A DNA stretch of 63,998 nt, counting the filler. It is 4 parts of 4 records of this genome, joined end to end, with 100 filler letters (N's around TTAATTAATTAA, not from the genome) between each part and the next. Parts side by side here need not be neighbours in the genome. Positions count along the whole stretch, not along the records: positions 57,188 to 63,998 come from SRR20825019_1883; 3 more parts are not named here. The stretch is one strand, 5' to 3'. This document shows positions 60,645 to 63,998 of this stretch, in pieces. The notes under the pieces are model-generated. The model ran no database searches. It was not told where the DNA came from and saw only the letters and a program-made list of their open reading frames with translations. Every line of letters begins with the position of its first letter. Positions within the stretch are counted from its first letter, which is position 1. Position numbers and translations under genes: made by a program.

Positions 60645-61532
60645 CTATTTATTAATTCCAAGAATCCTATCTTTGAATTCTTTATTTACCGCTACATAAT
60701 CTACCACATGGTCTGTATTGAACTCCATTTTTTCATTTTTGCCTCTTTTTGCTTTTTTATTAATGATAGATAAGTAACAATCATTATGTCTAGAAGTGTA
60801 TAATATGAAAATACTATGGCTTCTTTGGGGATTTATTTGTAATGATATAGTCTCTAAAACTTCAAGATTTGACTCTTCAATTTTAGCTACAGTTTTTTTA
60901 ACATTTACAATATAATCGAAGGGCTTTAACTTTAGTTCTTTATACCAACAATTCTCTCTTTCACAAAACGGTTTTCTATATTTATTTATTGTCATTAAGC
61001 AAACCACTAAAACTATAAGAAACTCAATAAACCATACAATATATAAAAAAGTTCCGTTAACACTATTGCTAGAACTTCCCCCAACAGACCAAGTACCGGT
61101 TTTAGTGATTTCGCTAATTATACTAAATAAAATCTCTGGATTGCTCAATAGAAATAATAATTGAGAATAATTAATATTACTTACAGTTATACCTAATCGA
61201 GAGGTTCCATAACTTTCTCCAGCATTTACAACAAGATCGACCCAAATAAGCCAGTGAAAATATAACGCAATACATGATCCAATAAAACCAAAAATAATAG
61301 ACAACCAAAAATTTCTAACTTTACCTATACCAATTACAAACTTATCTATTGAATAACCTATTGCGAATCCAAAAAGAATTGTAATAATAAAATTAATGTA
61401 AACAAAAGGTATATACCATATACAATAAGCGTAAATAAAGCCAAGAAGCGGAAATATGGTTATCGATACTAATGAAAAATATAAAATAGAGCTATAAGAA
61501 AATGCTCCAGATGGAGAGTAATACTTTACCAT
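60645..61532 (-). CDS. Hypothetical integral membrane protein
   Basis: 295-aa ORF with ~4 hydrophobic segments and PFCERENCW motif. Confidence 0.75.
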   Translation of the reverse strand: MVKYYSPSGAFSYSSILYFSLVSITIFPLLGFIYAYCIWYIPFVYINFIITILFGFAIGYSIDKFVIGIGKVRNFWLSIIFGFIGSCIALYFHWLIWVDLVVNAGESYGTSRLGITVSNINYSQLLFLLSNPEILFSIISEITKTGTWSVGGSSSNSVNGTFLYIVWFIEFLIVLVVCLMTINKYRKPFCERENCWYKELKLKPFDYIVNVKKTVAKIEESNLEVLETISLQINPQRSHSIFILYTSRHNDCYLSIINKKAKRGKNEKMEFNTDHVVDYVAVNKEFKDRILGINK

Positions 61533-61844
61533 ACTATATAAATGTAGGATTAATAAAAAGCTATTAAATATAGCAAATAATTCTTATACTTAATCTAAAA
61601 ACAGTGAATCCTCCCATTGTCCCAATTTGTTAAATGTTATGACGAATCAATATCTCGGACTTGCCCACGCAATAATTAAACGAAACTAATTTAACTCATC
61701 TAAACAGAGACCTTCGATATAGTCACAGAGCAAGTTTTAGTGGTTTAAACTCATTAAAGACTGAATAAAATTCAATAAAAAACGGAAATGGTTAAAATAT
61801 TTTCCTTTCTCATCCGACTATATAGTATAACGCATCCCAACTAA

Positions 61845-62399
61845 ATGAATCAAAAGGAAAAAAATAGTTTTATAAAGCGAGTATCTGCTTCCGAAGAAGG
61901 GAAACTAATTTACTTTCTAAAACAATGGATTCCTAATAGAGAGGATGCAAAAGATATTGTACAAGATGTGTTTTACAATTTGATACTTGGTTTTGAAGAA
62001 ATAAAAGATCTGGACAAAATTACATCGTGGCTATACAGCACCGCTAGATTTAAAGCTATTGATTTTATTAGGAAAAAGAAACCAACTAACGCCTCAGATT
62101 TGACTAGAAAAGAAGATGATGATAATGAAATCTTTGAATGGATACAAGAACACACCCCTCCCGACCAAGAAACAGAATTATGGAAAGAAGAAGTTTCCAA
62201 AGTTCTTGAAAATACCTTAGAGAAACTCCCCCAAGAACAACGAGATGCTTTTGTGCTCTATGAACTAGAAGGGTTTCCAATTGCACAAATAGCTGAATTA
62301 AAACAAACATCGGTCAATACCATTTTATCGAGAAAACGCTACGCCGTTTCCCGTTTAAAAATAGCATTACAAGAATTATACAACGAATTAAACGATTAA
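61845..62399 (+). CDS. ECF-type RNA polymerase sigma factor
   Basis: Region 2 (DAKDIVQDVF, SWLYSTARFKAIDFIRK) and region 4 (LEKLPQEQRDAFVLYELEG...IAEL...VNTILSRKRYA). Confidence 0.9.
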   Translation: MNQKEKNSFIKRVSASEEGKLIYFLKQWIPNREDAKDIVQDVFYNLILGFEEIKDLDKITSWLYSTARFKAIDFIRKKKPTNASDLTRKEDDDNEIFEWIQEHTPPDQETELWKEEVSKVLENTLEKLPQEQRDAFVLYELEGFPIAQIAELKQTSVNTILSRKRYAVSRLKIALQELYNELND

Positions 62400-62403
62400 G
62401 GAT

Positions 62404-62715
62404 ATGAAAGGATTAAAAATTATTGGATTTATATTTTTTAAAGTAGCCATTATTGCGCTCTATGTTTTTATAGTAATGCATTTATGGAATTGGCTTATGC
62501 CAGATATTTTTGGAATAACAACCCTCACTTTTTGGCAAACCCTAGGTGTATTATTGCTTTGCAAACTTCTGTTTTTAGGAAGTGGCTGGGGCGGTTACAG
62601 AGGCAAATTTAAAGGAAGACGAGGTCGACCATCTAGAAAACCTTGGGAAAACGGAATTAAACAACGATTAAGAGAAAGATGTAAAAACCATAAAACCAAC
62701 AATGATGAACAATAG
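62404..62715 (+). CDS. Small membrane protein downstream of the ECF sigma
   Basis: Two hydrophobic helices, WNWLMPDIFG...FWQ.LG.LLL motif, basic tail. Confidence 0.75.
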   Translation: MKGLKIIGFIFFKVAIIALYVFIVMHLWNWLMPDIFGITTLTFWQTLGVLLLCKLLFLGSGWGGYRGKFKGRRGRPSRKPWENGIKQRLRERCKNHKTNNDEQ

Positions 62716-62935
62716 AAGCACATTAGAAATATTAGTCTTTGCCACTAATATACATTCTACCGAGCAAATAAACCGTGTACTAGAAAAGCTATTAATCCAC
62801 CCTGGAATTAAACAGGCTAATTTTGACCTTGAAGATATTGACAAGATTTTAAGAGTTGTTTCTTGTGGTATTACCGAAAAGGAAGTTGAAGAAATATTAC
62901 AAACTCTAAACATACAATGCTTAGCACTTGTATAG
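62702..62935 (+). CDS. Small hypothetical protein (possible ferredoxin/HMA-like fold without CxxC)
   Basis: VFATNI...NFDLEDIDKILRV; overlaps the upstream stop, so probably the same operon. Confidence 0.65.
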   Translation: MMNNRSTLEILVFATNIHSTEQINRVLEKLLIHPGIKQANFDLEDIDKILRVVSCGITEKEVEEILQTLNIQCLALV

Positions 62936-62972
62936 ACAGACTTACATATAAAACCCTAACTAAAACACAAAA

Positions 62973-62996
62973 ATGCCCCGAATTTATCGGGGCATT
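62973..62996. terminator. Intrinsic terminator hairpin between convergent genes
   Basis: ATGCCCCGA-ATTTA-TCGGGGCAT inverted repeat with an A-run on the left (U-tract for minus-strand hsp20). Confidence 0.8.
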
Positions 62997-63039
62997 CCTT
63001 AATTAACTAACTAACTTAAACATTATGAAAAACTAATCT

Positions 63040-63471
63040 TTACGCAATTTCTATAAGCCTTTTTGGTTTTGGCAAGGCCTCATCTTTTTTAGGCAATGTT
63101 AATGTTAACACTCCCGCTTCGTAAGTAGCATTTATTTCATCACTATTTACTGTTTTTGGCAATGTAAAGAGTCTTTTAAATGAAGAAAAACTAAACTCTT
63201 TTCTACTATACATTTCAGTTTTATCTTCAGATTCTTTTTCTGTTTTTACTTCAGCAGAAACAGTTAATACCTCTTTATCTACCTCTATTTTAAAATCTTC
63301 TTTTTTAAATCCAGGAACAGCAAGCGCTAACGAAAACCCTTTATCGTTTTCTAAAATATTTACTGCTGGGACAAAAGATTTTTTGTTCTCCATTCCCCCA
63401 AACCAATCTGGATTTAATACCTCATCAAAAAAAGTTGGGAACATTACGTTGTTTCTTTTTACTAAGCTCAT
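63040..63471 (-). CDS. Hsp20/alpha-crystallin small heat shock protein
   Basis: PAVNILEN, LAVPGFKKEDFKI, REFS-like RKEFSFSSFKRLFTLP, ATYEAGVLTLTLPK, C-terminal IEI. Confidence 0.93.
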   Translation of the reverse strand: MSLVKRNNVMFPTFFDEVLNPDWFGGMENKKSFVPAVNILENDKGFSLALAVPGFKKEDFKIEVDKEVLTVSAEVKTEKESEDKTEMYSRKEFSFSSFKRLFTLPKTVNSDEINATYEAGVLTLTLPKKDEALPKPKRLIEIA

Positions 63472-63528
63472 AATTCTATATTTTTTTAATTAAACTGTAA
63501 TTTTTAATAATCGTTTGATAGCCTTAAA

Positions 63529-63600
63529 ACAAATTCAATTCCAAGTTTAATTAAATGTCAAAATGTCTTGTTTGTGTAGTTTAACAATGACAAAATGTCC
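63529..63600 (-). promoter_or_regulatory. Putative hsp20 control region: -24/-12-like element plus two TGWCAAAATGTC boxes
   Basis: Minus strand TTGGAATTGAATTTGT (63544-63529); TGTCAAAATGTCT 63556-63568 and TGACAAAATGTCC 63588-63600. Confidence 0.45.
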
Positions 63601-63689
63601 TTTTTGAATTTTTTTAATGTGCTATTTCAATAAAAATAACTGTCATCTGCCTTTAAAACCATATTTTTAAATGAAGAAAAACATGATTA

Positions 63690-63998
63690 ATGAAGCAACT
63701 ATTTAGAAAATTAAGAACCTTTCTTAATACCATTGAAAGTCAGATTGCCTTTTATCCTACAATTATTGCCATTTGCGGTTGCTTATTCGCTTTTATATTA
63801 ATTTATTTAGAGAGTCTAGGAATTTCAAGGTATTTAAGAGAAAACCTACCAATGCTAGTATTGGACAATGAAGAAACCGCCCGCTCTTTATTAAGTGTTT
63901 TTATTGGCGGATTAATTTCTCTTATGGTTTTTAGTTTTTCTATGGTAATGGTATTACTCAATCAAGCATCTAGCAATTTTTCTCCTAGAATATTACCA
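63690..63998 (+). CDS. DUF2254-family membrane protein, 3'-partial
   Basis: Manual translation MKQLFRKL...IAFYPTII...ARSLLSVFIGGLISLMVFSFSMVMVLLNQASSNFSPRILP, open to the window end; not in the ORF track. Confidence 0.8.
   Translation, partial: MKQLFRKLRTFLNTIESQIAFYPTIIAICGCLFAFILIYLESLGISRYLRENLPMLVLDNEETARSLLSVFIGGLISLMVFSFSMVMVLLNQASSNFSPRILP

Noticed and set aside
57188-63998. Bacterial genes as horizontal transfer into the eukaryote
   Set aside because: Separate contig with bacterial composition, operons, promoter and terminator; adjacency is only through the spacer
1-63998. CRISPR arrays, tRNA/rRNA genes, transposases, alternative genetic code
   Set aside because: None recognised by eye; conserved genes translate cleanly in the standard code once introns are removed

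Overview
The window is not one locus. It is four contigs joined by artificial 100-nt spacers (44 N + TTAATTAATTAA + 44 N). Contig A (1-21375) is a compact eukaryotic genome with short GT-AG introns and GC-rich promoter islands. It carries a large unknown secreted protein, an ABCG transporter, a LysM-TLDc OXR1-like gene, a QRICH2/DUF4795-like coiled-coil gene and AP-1 gamma adaptin. Contig B (21476-47600) is a GC-rich, intron-bearing eukaryote. It carries an HTATIP2-like oxidoreductase, a ~4,780-aa single-pass surface protein and a 5'-partial NACHT-TPR (NLR-like) gene with a degenerate kinase-like N-terminal region. The surface protein runs hevein/CBM18, three NodB/CE4 deacetylase domains, ~30 furin-like repeats, 7 LamG-like, 3 FN3, a ZU5/GAIN-like region with an HF|T GPS-type motif, and a TM helix. 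Contig C (47701-57087) is an intronless same-strand gene run that looks kinetoplastid and includes acetyl-CoA carboxylase. Contig D (57188-63998) is an AT-rich Flavobacteriaceae-like fragment (AlkB-family, uvrB, barstar-like, ECF sigma, Hsp20, DUF2254). The best candidates for new biology are the giant chitin-binding/deacetylating, possibly self-cleaving receptor, the pseudokinase-NACHT-TPR protein and, more speculatively, a telomerase-RNA-like element at ~13.2 kb. All calls come from reading the sequence by eye; no searches were run.
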